Shown one piece after another: positions 49,931 to 61,075 of a stretch of 64,000 bases of DNA. The DNA is from an uncultured Pirellulaceae bacterium (GTDB lineage: Bacteria > Planctomycetota > Planctomycetia > Pirellulales > Pirellulaceae). Location of the stretch: assembly GCA_938010615.1 (NCBI GenBank), contig CALLUY010000034.1, forward strand, positions 982 to 64,981, written 5' to 3'. The translations under genes were made by a program, and so were the position numbers. The notes beneath the pieces are model-generated. The model was not told the origin of the DNA. It worked only from the letters and a program-made list of their open reading frames with translations, and did no database searches. The first letter of the stretch is position 1. The number at the start of each line of letters is the position of its first letter.

Positions 49931-52900
49931 CTAATCACTGAACTTGGGCGTAAACTCACCAAGGTCCACCGTTTCGCCGGACTTGGCAGTGAATTCTTTG
50001 TAGCCCCAAGATTGGTCGAACGTTGTTTGCAACCGATACGTCGCGCCAGGAATCAGCGCGGGATACGTGACGCGGAACTCGTCATCAAGCTTAGGTCCGG
50101 CACCGCCCATCCCGTAATTTACTCGGTCGATGTTTTCAACGAAGTCCTCATCCGCAGCTAACTTCCCAAGCTTTCGTGCCTCAAAATCGTATTGTGCAAC
50201 GCCCGGCATCAGGATGAAATACAAAGACGGCCTTTGTATCGACCTCATCGTTTCGCGGTTCTGCTCATCTTCGACAATGAACTTGGCCGTCACTGATCCG
50301 CACGGTTTCAGCACGACTTTTACTTCTTCGTCCGTCGCTTTCAACTCAATCGTTGTGCCGAGTTTTTGACGCGCGTCTAGGAAGTGGACCTTGTAAGATT
50401 CGCCAAGCTCAAGCCCCGTCAGCTCGAACTTCCCGCCTACGGTTGGACGCGAATCGCCACGCCAGCCACCCGCGAGATCCCACGACTTTAATCGCGTCAC
50501 GATGTAGGCTTCTTCGATCGAGTTCCCATTTTCATCGACGATCACACCGCGAACCGACTTGCCTGGCAAAACTTCAATCTTGGCTTCGATCTTATCCGTG
50601 CCTTTCTTGACCTCCATTTTGTGGAACGCATTCGCGTAGAAGCGACTGCCACCTGGTTTGTCAGATATCATCTTCCTCGAATCCATCGTCTGCAAAACGT
50701 AGTTGCTGTCTTTCTTTCGAACGACGAGCGTTCCATGTCCGGCGGGAACCGCATAAGTGAACTTCCCGTCACCGTTGGTTTTCTGTTGCGCCTGCCATCC
50801 AGTGATCGCATTTTTCGGTGCGTTTCTTCCCGAGCTCTCAAACGTAATCGTGGCATCAGCCACCGGCTTTCCAGTGCCCTTTTCAATCACGAGACCTTCT
50901 ACAAGTGTCACGCGTGGCAATTGAATGTCAACATTTCGTGTAGCGTCGCTGTTTTCCCAATCGAGCTGCTCCGATTTGCGCCCCATGTAGGCGACGCCGG
51001 TCGGCGGATAAGCCGAAACGCCGAATCGAATTCCAGGCTCTGGTAGCACGCGATAGTTTCCGTTGGCATCTGTCTTTCCAGTTACCGATGTCATCGAGCC
51101 AAACTCCTGTTGGCTGGCCCAGATAGAAATTTTTGAGTTGGCAACTGGCTCGCCCGTATCTTCATAAGTGACTTTGCCCGTGATAACTTTCGCGGGTGAA
51201 AGAGTCAGCACGGCCTCCACGCCAGGTTCGACATTCTTGACCAGAGATCGATAGGTTCCGTCACGCGGACCACGTTGTTCCGGCTGTCCCGTGTTGAGCG
51301 AAATGCCTTGCGGCGCGAATTTCTTGCTGTCGAAAAGCCTGATGTACAGGCCGAAGCTTTCAGGAACTCCAGTCAACTCAAATCGGCCTTCCTCGTCAGT
51401 CGTAACAGGTTGAATCCACGCTTTTGGAGGCTCAACGGCGGTTCCGTCTCTGGACATCCGGAACCCCGCCATCGCGTCAACGGATCCGCGATCGGCTTTT
51501 GGATTGATAACCATTTCCACTTGAAGCTTTTCCCCAACCGCAGGCTGCCCATCGATATCGACAAGCCATCCTTTGACGACGCCTTGGTTGTGCAGGCTGA
51601 TTTTGATGGGCTCATCACTCTCCATCTTCGACTGATTTAGCATCTTCCAACCAACAGCCATTCCGTCTTTCCTGGCAATCAGTAGCCTACTGTCCAGTTC
51701 GGAGCCGAGGCCCTTGCACGTCAAAGAAAACTCGCCGTTCTCGTTAGTGATGCCGCTGTCAAAGACGACTTCCTTTGATGTTTCATAGTCGAAGCCGGTT
51801 AAGGCCACATGCGTTTCAGTGGCAGGACTGCCGTCGGGCAGTAGGATGACGGTGCGAATGATTGCAGCAGGTGCGTCGTTCGATTTTACGGCGAAGTCTT
51901 CAACTGACTGTGTTTCAATCACACGTGTTTCGGTAGCTTCGGAATCATTATCGTCTGGCACCGCCGCGATACTTGTATTTCCCTGCGTTGATTGCTTTCT
52001 CGAGCTATCCGTTGCCTTTGCACTTTTTATTCGCGTGAGTTCAGGGCGTTCCTTGGTGGAGATATTGATCGTGCCCAAGTCGATCGTTTCACCGGCAGAG
52101 ACGGTCAAATTTCTGGCAAGAACCGTGAAACCCATGCTCGCGGCTTCCGCCATTACCGCGTATTCCGAGCCGGGCAGTAATTCCGCATGTTCGAAACGCC
52201 CGTCAGCATCAGTGGATACATTCTTTAAGTTCGGCGCAAAATCTTCGCTGGGAGAAACATTGATTCGAATCCGTGCTCCCGAGATGGGTTCTTCATCTCT
52301 GTCGACCAATCGTCCGCGAACGGTAACGCAAGGTTGCAATTGAACAGACAGTTTTTGATCGGCGTCTTCACCTGCAGTCACGCGGACGACTTTGCCAAGC
52401 CTTCGATCGGGATGATGGAACAGCATAGTGCGTTTTTCCCCGATCTTGAATGCTAACGCGTCGAACGTTGCATCCGGAATCTCTTTCCACCACGAAAATC
52501 TTTCGTGCCCTTGGACTTTGACGCCTTCGAGGGCTTCCCCTGCTGGATCGGTCATCGCAATCGCGATCTTCTTTCCCGAATCAAGCTGAAAGTTCAACTC
52601 AAACGATTCCGCGGCTTCAGCGATATCAACTTCGGCAAAAATGGTTGGATGCTTGGGACCAGGTCCAACACCGACTCGGTAAGTTGGAAACCAACCTCGT
52701 TCGTCCGCGCCTTCGATGTCCTCCGCTCCCTGCCCCTGCGGGTAAGGGGCATAGCCGACTGTGGCCCCGACGATCGCTTTACCAGGCAAACCCACCAATC
52801 GATAGGATCCATCGGCGGCAATCTTGTAACGCTGTTGATACCCATCAAAATTCTGACGGTCATACTCTGGAGTCGCCTGAGCGAACGGGTTTGAGAGATA

Positions 52901-55456
52901 GGGGTAGTAATAGACGTAGGCTTCGTCTTCGACCCGAATGTTTTCTCCAGTGGCCTTGTTGGTCAACTGTCCAGTAATCCAAACGCCTCGATTCAACTCC
53001 AAATCCAAGTCGATGGGTTTCATTCCTGTTGGATTGGGAACGTCGAAAACTCGCATCAGGTAAGGCTGATCGTCGTTGGGCACCGCAATGATTTGATTGC
53101 CGGTCCCCTTGGGCAACCCCCTCAATGTGTAGCGACCATCCTTATCCGTTTTGACTCGAATCTCTCGCTGTGCAGATATTCCACGCTCGGTCATTCGATA
53201 CGATTCAATAGCGACGCCAGCCATTGGCTCACCTGTTTTGGCGTCCTTCACAATTCCAGTAATCGGCTGACTGGGCGGCACCGTGACCACACAGTTCGCT
53301 CCATGAATAGTTTGCTGGCGATTCCAATTGGGATTTGGAATACCGTCGTTGGCAACGATGGGCTCCATTTTGCGAGTAACAATCACAGCCCTCGTGTACG
53401 CGACAGTCGGCCCTTCAATAACCACAACAATGGCACGTTCTTGTCCGAAACCACTGATAGAGAAATATCCCTCCGCGTCCGTTTTAATACCTTTTTGAAA
53501 AACCTGAGGAAACTGCCGGATCGTGTTCGGCAAATGCTTATTGGTTGCTTCCCAGAAAATCTGGCCTTCGTTCCAAGCCTTCAGCACAGGATTAAGATCC
53601 TGATTGTCTGATGCCCACAACATTTCGACTCGCACCGAAACGTCTGAAAGCGGTTCGCCTTCGAGGCTGACAAGTCGTCCTTCGACTGGCACATCGTCAG
53701 AAACTAACCTCAGTTCAATCGGCTGATTTGGTTTGATGTCTTCGCTATCCACCCAGTCAATTCCATAGCCTTGCCCGTGAGCAACCAATGCAGTCTCTTT
53801 CCAAAAACGCGGCCCCGCGTCCGGAAATTTTGACTTGTCAACAATCAGTTCGAATTCGCCTTCAGGGCCGCTGGTGGACGTTGCCAATGGAGCATGCTGA
53901 GTCAGAGCTGGCCCTTTTCGCCATCGGTTCATTTCAACCGTGGCGTTCGCAGCTGGGCGATCGTCTTCGTCAACCACTTTTCCACGATACTTGATGAATT
54001 GCGGTTTGGCATTGGAAGTTTCGAACCGCTCGGAAGGCATGACCGTTTTTTCGATCATGGTTTGAATCTTTTCTTCGTCGCCAAGCTTTACATTGCCGAG
54101 ATCTTTATTTTCGCCTGGTTCGACCTTGAACGCAGATTCGAATGGACCATCAACCGTAGTGACGTCTGAAGAAGAGGTAGCATCCAAAGTTGGTGCGTTG
54201 CCCAATCCCAACAGACCCGTCATCGCCGTGCCAGCCAGTCCACAGCCAAGAACGGTTACGAACAACAGTTTGCTGGCTTGTGTTGAAAGTGTGCGAGATG
54301 TGTCTAAAATCCGCGTCACACGTTGGGCCAACATTGACCGCAGTGAAACAACTCCGACGCCGGCCGCTGCAATCGGCGCCGTCGAAAGTTCTGCGATGCC
54401 GACAAGCCGATTGGCGTACTCGGTTCGGTCGCCGCCAAATTGAACGACGAAATCATCACAGACTTCTTCTGCGGCGATCTCCAGTTTTCGCGACAGGATC
54501 CACAACAGTGGCTGGAAGAAGAAAACTGACGTTGCAATCTGTCGCAGCAGATTCCAATGACAGTCGTGTCGTCGAAGGTGAGCCAATTCATGGATTAGCA
54601 CGTCCTGAATCGAAAGTTGACAGTCATTTTCGGGCAACAGGATCGATGGATTTCTCAAACCAGCCAGACATGGACTGGGAAGGAACGGGCTTCGATAGAC
54701 TTCCGGCGTAGCGACTTCCATGCGAACTGACAACTGTTCGCAAGCAAGATGCAGTTCAGGTTCAACTTCAGTTGCACTACGTTTCAATCGCCACAACCTC
54801 CACCATGCGGAAGCCAATCTCAGGACAAGCATGAAAGCGACCAAGAGCCAAACGAGTGCCGCAATGCTGGCGAAGACCCCAAACTTTCTGATTGTAAAAA
54901 TTGACTCGGTCACGGGTGGCACGAATGCAACTTCCGGTACGTCGGAGGCCTCAACAGGAGGCTCGACAATCTCCTCAGGCACACCGCCCGAGCTTGCAAT
55001 TGGAGAGCTCAGAATCGGCTCTGCTACAAATGCTGGAGCTGCGAAGTTACCGTCGTCAGGCAACATTGACTCGAAATTGGTATCGGATTCAGGAAGCGGA
55101 TCGCTCTGCACAACTTCTGGCGCAGGCTCTGAAACCAAATCGGGCTCGATGGCTGTTTCAATTTCATCCATCGCCCAAGTTTCCGGCATGGTGACTGACC
55201 AACCGGAAAAACCAGCCGACGACAAAGCAACTGTCGCCAATGGACAAACCAAAACGGCAACCAGCGTTGTCCGGTACACCAAAGATTGCACAGCAGATCC
55301 GCGTGAACGCAGTAACGCCCCAACAATCAGTCCGATGGAAATCAGCAGAGTCGATTGCAACAGCCAATTGACAGCAAAACTTGCGGTGCCGTTGACGCCA
55401 TCGAGCAGGAAGATTTGAATTTGGGAGTCGAGAGAGTTAAACATATTCATCATCAC
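49931..55456 (-). CDS. BlaR1/MecR1-like M56 metallopeptidase with repeated carboxypeptidase-regulatory-like modules
   Basis: NWLLQST TM region, VLIHELAHLRRHD, FFFQPLLW, EEVCDD; repeated G.V.D..G.P / TD..G.F units. Confidence 0.92.
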   Translation of the reverse strand: MMMNMFNSLDSQIQIFLLDGVNGTASFAVNWLLQSTLLISIGLIVGALLRSRGSAVQSLVYRTTLVAVLVCPLATVALSSAGFSGWSVTMPETWAMDEIETAIEPDLVSEPAPEVVQSDPLPESDTNFESMLPDDGNFAAPAFVAEPILSSPIASSGGVPEEIVEPPVEASDVPEVAFVPPVTESIFTIRKFGVFASIAALVWLLVAFMLVLRLASAWWRLWRLKRSATEVEPELHLACEQLSVRMEVATPEVYRSPFLPSPCLAGLRNPSILLPENDCQLSIQDVLIHELAHLRRHDCHWNLLRQIATSVFFFQPLLWILSRKLEIAAEEVCDDFVVQFGGDRTEYANRLVGIAELSTAPIAAAGVGVVSLRSMLAQRVTRILDTSRTLSTQASKLLFVTVLGCGLAGTAMTGLLGLGNAPTLDATSSSDVTTVDGPFESAFKVEPGENKDLGNVKLGDEEKIQTMIEKTVMPSERFETSNAKPQFIKYRGKVVDEDDRPAANATVEMNRWRKGPALTQHAPLATSTSGPEGEFELIVDKSKFPDAGPRFWKETALVAHGQGYGIDWVDSEDIKPNQPIELRLVSDDVPVEGRLVSLEGEPLSDVSVRVEMLWASDNQDLNPVLKAWNEGQIFWEATNKHLPNTIRQFPQVFQKGIKTDAEGYFSISGFGQERAIVVVIEGPTVAYTRAVIVTRKMEPIVANDGIPNPNWNRQQTIHGANCVVTVPPSQPITGIVKDAKTGEPMAGVAIESYRMTERGISAQREIRVKTDKDGRYTLRGLPKGTGNQIIAVPNDDQPYLMRVFDVPNPTGMKPIDLDLELNRGVWITGQLTNKATGENIRVEDEAYVYYYPYLSNPFAQATPEYDRQNFDGYQQRYKIAADGSYRLVGLPGKAIVGATVGYAPYPQGQGAEDIEGADERGWFPTYRVGVGPGPKHPTIFAEVDIAEAAESFELNFQLDSGKKIAIAMTDPAGEALEGVKVQGHERFSWWKEIPDATFDALAFKIGEKRTMLFHHPDRRLGKVVRVTAGEDADQKLSVQLQPCVTVRGRLVDRDEEPISGARIRINVSPSEDFAPNLKNVSTDADGRFEHAELLPGSEYAVMAEAASMGFTVLARNLTVSAGETIDLGTINISTKERPELTRIKSAKATDSSRKQSTQGNTSIAAVPDDNDSEATETRVIETQSVEDFAVKSNDAPAAIIRTVILLPDGSPATETHVALTGFDYETSKEVVFDSGITNENGEFSLTCKGLGSELDSRLLIARKDGMAVGWKMLNQSKMESDEPIKISLHNQGVVKGWLVDIDGQPAVGEKLQVEMVINPKADRGSVDAMAGFRMSRDGTAVEPPKAWIQPVTTDEEGRFELTGVPESFGLYIRLFDSKKFAPQGISLNTGQPEQRGPRDGTYRSLVKNVEPGVEAVLTLSPAKVITGKVTYEDTGEPVANSKISIWASQQEFGSMTSVTGKTDANGNYRVLPEPGIRFGVSAYPPTGVAYMGRKSEQLDWENSDATRNVDIQLPRVTLVEGLVIEKGTGKPVADATITFESSGRNAPKNAITGWQAQQKTNGDGKFTYAVPAGHGTLVVRKKDSNYVLQTMDSRKMISDKPGGSRFYANAFHKMEVKKGTDKIEAKIEVLPGKSVRGVIVDENGNSIEEAYIVTRLKSWDLAGGWRGDSRPTVGGKFELTGLELGESYKVHFLDARQKLGTTIELKATDEEVKVVLKPCGSVTAKFIVEDEQNRETMRSIQRPSLYFILMPGVAQYDFEARKLGKLAADEDFVENIDRVNYGMGGAGPKLDDEFRVTYPALIPGATYRLQTTFDQSWGYKEFTAKSGETVDLGEFTPKFSD

Positions 55457-55461
55457 TGCTC

Positions 55462-55842
55462 CTATTTCTTTTTCTTGCTCTGTTGATCGATTAGTTTCCG
55501 AATCTCATCGATCTCTTTCGCAGAGACCTTTTCGTTTTTCAACAGATGGGAAACGAGACTGCCCGCCTTACCGCCGAAGACTCGCTTAACAAGATCACGA
55601 GTGGCACTCTGTTTGAAGTTGGCTTCTTCAACCAACGGAAAGAACACAAACGTCCGACCTTCAGCCTCGTGATCGACGGCCCCCTTTTCCTCGAGGCCGC
55701 GAAGCAGCGTTTGCACCGTGCTGTGTGCGATTGGCTCGATCTCATTGATCGAGTCCGTGATTTGCCGGGCCGTCGTCCGCCCGTTTTCCCATAACACCTG
55801 CATGATCAGCAGTTGGACTCGTCCCAGTTGCGTCGCAGTCAT
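55462..55842 (-). CDS. BlaI/MecI/CopY family repressor
   Basis: IMQVLWENG, HSTVQTLLRGLEEKG, LVKRVFGG..SLVSHLL. Confidence 0.93.
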   Translation of the reverse strand: MTATQLGRVQLLIMQVLWENGRTTARQITDSINEIEPIAHSTVQTLLRGLEEKGAVDHEAEGRTFVFFPLVEEANFKQSATRDLVKRVFGGKAGSLVSHLLKNEKVSAKEIDEIRKLIDQQSKKKK

Positions 55843-55896
55843 CGCAAAACTCCTTGTGGATCAGCCGAATCACGAAAGGCAGCAAAAGCAGGGCCT

Positions 55897-55941
55897 ATCG
55901 TTTAGTTAACTAAATCTAACAAGCTAAACGATCGGCGTCAA
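55897..55941 (-). promoter_or_regulatory. sigma70 promoter overlapped by a putative BlaI-type operator
   Basis: Minus strand TTGACG-17 nt-TAGATT; perfect palindrome TTTAGTTAACTAAA (55901-55914) nested in ATCGTTTAG-N18-CTAAACGAT. Confidence 0.7.
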
Positions 55942-56225
55942 CGTTTTTCATGAGGACTTCTCAAAATATTTGGTGCCACAGAAAAAGCTCCTCCTTTTGA
56001 GCATCACTCCCGCAAACAAACCGATAGCGAAGGAGTTTTGAATTGCTCAACAGACCGCATCAAGGACCGGCGAGAGTCTTAAGTGGCGGAAACAGACGAA
56101 TCAGTTGCGGCGAGGTCGACACGGATCCAATCTCTCGCTGCGCAAGATTCATCGCCAGGTAACTGACCGCGTCGGCTGCACGACTCAGCCAGCGCAAACA
56201 AATGTTCATGAATTAAATCATCGGC

Positions 56226-56975
56226 TCAACCAGTATTCTGAGTTGCCTTGACACCTTTTTTGGATTGTCCAGCGTTCACTGGAATTTCACTGATCTGTTT
56301 TCTAAAGGTTTCGATCTGCTGCTTATACTTGTCGTCGTCCAGTCGATCGAGGTCGTCAATTTTCGATTGCAATTCAGTTCTAAAATCGGAATCCTTGGTG
56401 TTGAGTTTCTCGATATCTTTCTCAATCGACATTGCCAGGCTCTGAATCACCAACACGCGCCGGACTTCTGGACTCTCAACAAACATGGATTCTCTTGGAT
56501 ACGCCTCCCTAAATCGGCGTTGAATGTTAGCGATGCCTTTTTTATCCAGCTCTGCCATTTTCGGAAACGGCGCAAAACCGTTTGGCTCAACGACCCTAAA
56601 TCCTGAGCTTCTCGAGCCTCTTAGATAGACTTTTATGCGTGCTCCCGTAGGCTCCCCTCGCTGGCCATTCCAACCAACTGGCCTGGGCTCACCCCCGGTC
56701 CACTTCGTGTGGTAGTACCTTGCAAATATCCGATCGTTTGTTTTGATTGCGTTGCCCTTAACCACCTCCTCAACAGCAATTTCTGAGACACACAATGTTC
56801 GCCTGTAGCCTCCTACTGTTTTTTCGCGAGTGTACACCTGCACCACAGTGCCGATAACGACATCTGATGAAACGGCGAGGAGCTGTTCGGGTTTAAGTCG
56901 AGGACGATCTGGCATTGGGGAAAAACCGCCAAGCAGAGTACCGATTGCGAGAACTACCTTCAACAGTTGAGTCAT
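56226..56975 (-). CDS. Hypothetical secreted protein
   Basis: 249 aa, signal-like N-terminus, SDVVIGTV; frequent AGA/AGG codons. Confidence 0.7.
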   Translation of the reverse strand: MTQLLKVVLAIGTLLGGFSPMPDRPRLKPEQLLAVSSDVVIGTVVQVYTREKTVGGYRRTLCVSEIAVEEVVKGNAIKTNDRIFARYYHTKWTGGEPRPVGWNGQRGEPTGARIKVYLRGSRSSGFRVVEPNGFAPFPKMAELDKKGIANIQRRFREAYPRESMFVESPEVRRVLVIQSLAMSIEKDIEKLNTKDSDFRTELQSKIDDLDRLDDDKYKQQIETFRKQISEIPVNAGQSKKGVKATQNTG

Positions 56976-57053
56976 GAACAGAACCTAAATTATGGTGGGC
57001 GCGGGTGTCTTTTAGTAAAAGCAAAACCGGGGTCGGTCATCACAGCAGAGCCG

Positions 57054-57509
57054 TCACCAAAAATCACCCCAAGTACACGGCGGTTCTTCCGGCAGTTTCG
57101 ATTTAGATTCCGACATGCGAGATTCGAGAATGCGGATCTCCTGTGTCACCGACTCCATGAATTTTTTGTAGGAAGGATCATTCTGCAAACCGGGATTGGC
57201 TTTCAAGTTCTTTTCGAACAACTGCTTGACCGCACCCATTTTTCGGGAAGCTAAACCAACGAGACGATCCAATTCATCTTGGGCTGCGTCTTCACTGCGT
57301 GCCGATGTCGACCAAAGATTTTTTCGCGCCAACAGAATCACCATGCAAGCCGCCGCGCGAATCTCGTGAGGGCGCGAATCGACTTCCAGTCGCAACGTTC
57401 CTTCAATCAAGCGACACATCTGTCGCATCGAATCAGATTCCTCAACCCAACGAATGGCGTCGGTATCTTCCCACGGTTTCTTTGACTTTATGACCAAAAC
57501 TTGCCCCAA
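57054..57509 (-). CDS. Hypothetical protein, paralog 2 (ends PPCTWGDFW)
   Basis: Aligns by eye with 57488-57931; only TTG starts are available, overlapping the upstream gene. Confidence 0.7.
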   Translation of the reverse strand: MGQVLVIKSKKPWEDTDAIRWVEESDSMRQMCRLIEGTLRLEVDSRPHEIRAAACMVILLARKNLWSTSARSEDAAQDELDRLVGLASRKMGAVKQLFEKNLKANPGLQNDPSYKKFMESVTQEIRILESRMSESKSKLPEEPPCTWGDFW

Positions 57510-57931
57510 GCTGGAGGCTTCTGCGGCGTCGTTCGATTCGACATCCCAATTCGACGACGTAAGACTTCGACTTCATGCACCAAATGATCGTGCTGCTTCG
57601 ACTGGGCTTTGTGCTCAGACAGCGACAGCGGACCGTCTTTACTTTTCGTAGTTCTTTGGGCAACGACATCTCCCTGCCGAACAATCGTCCTCAGGATCGA
57701 ATCACGTTGAGCAGGCCAAACACCTTCTCGGCCAAGCAAAATCGCCAACGCCACCATCAACCTCGTTTCGCCCTCGTTCAACGAATCATCAGCCTTGTCG
57801 ACCGCGTGTTCCATCATCAATGGCAGATGAGACTCCTCGAGTAGCTCCTCAAACCAACGTTTAGCTTTCGGATGCTTCCAAGGAGACCAATCAACCGGCG
57901 TGGCTTGTTGCGAATCGTTGGGCTGAGGCAT
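57488..57931 (-). CDS. Hypothetical protein, paralog 1 (ends KPPAWGKFWS)
   Basis: ATG with SD (AGGA) 9 nt after the upstream stop. Confidence 0.75.
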   Translation of the reverse strand: MPQPNDSQQATPVDWSPWKHPKAKRWFEELLEESHLPLMMEHAVDKADDSLNEGETRLMVALAILLGREGVWPAQRDSILRTIVRQGDVVAQRTTKSKDGPLSLSEHKAQSKQHDHLVHEVEVLRRRIGMSNRTTPQKPPAWGKFWS

Positions 57932-57940
57932 TTGGCATTC

Positions 57941-58852
57941 CTAAACGGTACAGATTTCGACGCCTTGCTTCAGTGAGCCAAGTTTGTCATCACGCTTCGG
58001 AATGAACTCTTGAGCAACATAGCCCTTGAAGCCAGTTTTCTGAATCGCCTTCATGATCGCCGGGTAGTACAGCTCTTGCGTGTCGTCGATTTCATTCCGT
58101 CCTGGCACGCCGCCGGTGTGATAGTGACTAAAGTGCTTGTGGTGTTTTTCGATCGTGGCAATAACGTCGCCTTCCATGATCTGCATGTGATAAATGTCAT
58201 AGAGCAACTTGAATCGCTCGGATCCGATCATCTCACAAAGGCCAACTCCCCATTCAGTATGGTCACACATGTAGTCCTTGTGGTTGACTTTACTGTTAAG
58301 CAATTCCATCGTGATCGTAACGCCGTGTTTTTCAGCGATCGGCATCAGCTTCTTCAAACCTTCCGCACAGTTTTTCATGCCAAGCTCGTCATCCATGCCG
58401 TCCCGGTTTCCGGAAAAGCAAATGACGTTGTCGAGTCCAAGATCTTTCGCGGCGACGATCTGTTTTTCGTAACCTTCGAGAAGTGCTTTGTGATGCTCGG
58501 TTCGATTCCAAGCTTTCGTGATCCCGCCTACCTTCACGCCCTCAGCGGTCTCCGTTGTCACGTTGCCAACCAGTGCACAGGTGAGGCCGTGCTTTTGAAC
58601 GATCTTGATATCGTCGGGTTGCAGCAGCTCGACTGATTGCAGCCCGAACTCTTTTCCTGCCGTGCAAAGATCATCCATCGAGACATCTCGGTAGCACCAC
58701 TTGCAAACCGAGTGGTTGATTGAGACTCCGCCCGAAGCTTCGTCTTGTGCTTGCAATCGTTCGCCGAGAGTGACCGCGAGGGCCGCAACTGCAGACACAC
58801 CTCCCGTTCGAATCATGAATTGACGACGATCAGAATTGGATTGCTTGGACAT
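57941..58852 (-). CDS. Hydroxypyruvate isomerase-family TIM barrel, Tat signal
   Basis: DRRQFM; HSVCKWC, MELLNSKVNHKDY, LLYDIYHMQIMEGD, HTGGVPGRNE, VAQEF. Confidence 0.9.
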   Translation of the reverse strand: MSKQSNSDRRQFMIRTGGVSAVAALAVTLGERLQAQDEASGGVSINHSVCKWCYRDVSMDDLCTAGKEFGLQSVELLQPDDIKIVQKHGLTCALVGNVTTETAEGVKVGGITKAWNRTEHHKALLEGYEKQIVAAKDLGLDNVICFSGNRDGMDDELGMKNCAEGLKKLMPIAEKHGVTITMELLNSKVNHKDYMCDHTEWGVGLCEMIGSERFKLLYDIYHMQIMEGDVIATIEKHHKHFSHYHTGGVPGRNEIDDTQELYYPAIMKAIQKTGFKGYVAQEFIPKRDDKLGSLKQGVEICTV

Positions 58853-59113
58853 CAATGGCTCGCTATGTTTAAAGTGCGTGAATTGCAGTGCTTGCAGTTT
58901 AGCCAATCCGGCAGCAGTTTGCACGCGCGAGTCGGAATCGAAATAGGGCGATAGATATGGGCGGAATCGGTTTTTTTGAGCTTCTGATACTTTTGGCAAT
59001 TCCAACGGCGATTCTTTTGGTCCTTGGAACTATCGCCTTCATCTTTTTCGTCGCGACCCGACCACCCAAAAAATAACCGATGTCATAAGCTAGAATTTTT
59101 CTTGGAGAACAGG

Positions 59114-59230
59114 ATGAGTCAATTGAGCTTTTCCGGATTGCTGACGATTGTTGGCGTGCCTCTGGTGCTGCTAGTCGTCGGCGGACTCGTTGCGTTCCTT
59201 TGCGTTCGCGGCTCGAGCAACAAACGCTAG
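59114..59230 (+). CDS. Small single-TM protein (38 aa)
   Basis: GGAG SD; MSQLSFSGLLTIVGVPLVLLVVGGLVAFLCVRGSSNKR. Confidence 0.55.
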   Translation: MSQLSFSGLLTIVGVPLVLLVVGGLVAFLCVRGSSNKR

Positions 59231-59314
59231 CGTCGACCTTCAAGACGACTTTCGTCTTAGCGTGAATACGTCCTCCGGGTAGACTCGGCTGTCCGAATCT
59301 CTGGAGGAGTAATC

Positions 59315-59611
59315 ATGTTGATGGCCATTCTCTACCGCAACGACCAAGTTCTGGCATCCGCTTACGCTTGCGATCAGCATTCTTGGGGCAACATCTACTG
59401 GACCGAAATTCACTGCGTGGAGCTTCCACAAGGTGCACTCGAGCTGGACATCGATGGAACCTATGAGACAGCTTACGTTTCCGTCGCGAACCCAGAACTA
59501 AGAGACCGGTTGCTCAACGCATCGCGCGATGAAGGCGTCGATCTTGCAGAATTAACACGCGACCTCGAAGATTCCGTCGCGCCGGCGTATCGTCCAAAAC
59601 GTGCTGCTTAA
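59315..59611 (+). CDS. Hypothetical protein
   Basis: Strong SD GGAGGA; 98-aa ORF ending RPKRAA. Confidence 0.7.
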   Translation: MLMAILYRNDQVLASAYACDQHSWGNIYWTEIHCVELPQGALELDIDGTYETAYVSVANPELRDRLLNASRDEGVDLAELTRDLEDSVAPAYRPKRAA

Positions 59612-59735
59612 TCGTCTCGCACAGCCAATGCACTCAGCCAATGTCGCACAGCTCTCCGAGCTGTTAGCGCGACAAAGGACAGCGTTCCAAACGGTCGAAC
59701 TTCGCAAGAAATTTCGCTTTCGAAACCGCCCGCTA

Positions 59736-60836
<1,101 letters not shown>

Positions 60837-60866
60837 TTAACGGCAAGCCGAAGGCGACTGCGTTTC

Positions 60867-61040
60867 GTTTAACGGCAATACCGTTCAATGAAGGTGATGT
60901 CACCCCTCGTTTTGGCTTTTCAGTAGGGTCATTGCAGTTGAGGAGGTGGCATAAGCCTCTGGCTTGTGGACATGCAGAACACAGGCCAGAGGCCTATGCC
61001 ACCGAGACTTTGGCTTCATTGAACGGTATTGCCGTTAAAC
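60867..61040. mobile_element. 174-bp MITE-like element with 27-bp TIRs carrying a REP doublet
   Basis: GTTTAACGGCAATACCGTTCAATGAAG (60867-60893) / CTTCATTGAACGGTATTGCCGTTAAAC (61014-61040); no clear TSD. Confidence 0.7.
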
Positions 61041-61075
61041 AATTAATGCGAGTCTTGCGAATTCGGCTGCGTTCG

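Noticed and set aside
56060-56209. 49-aa minus-strand ORF MNICLRWLSRAADAV...
   Set aside because: No SD or recognisable motif; also no attC-like structure in this region
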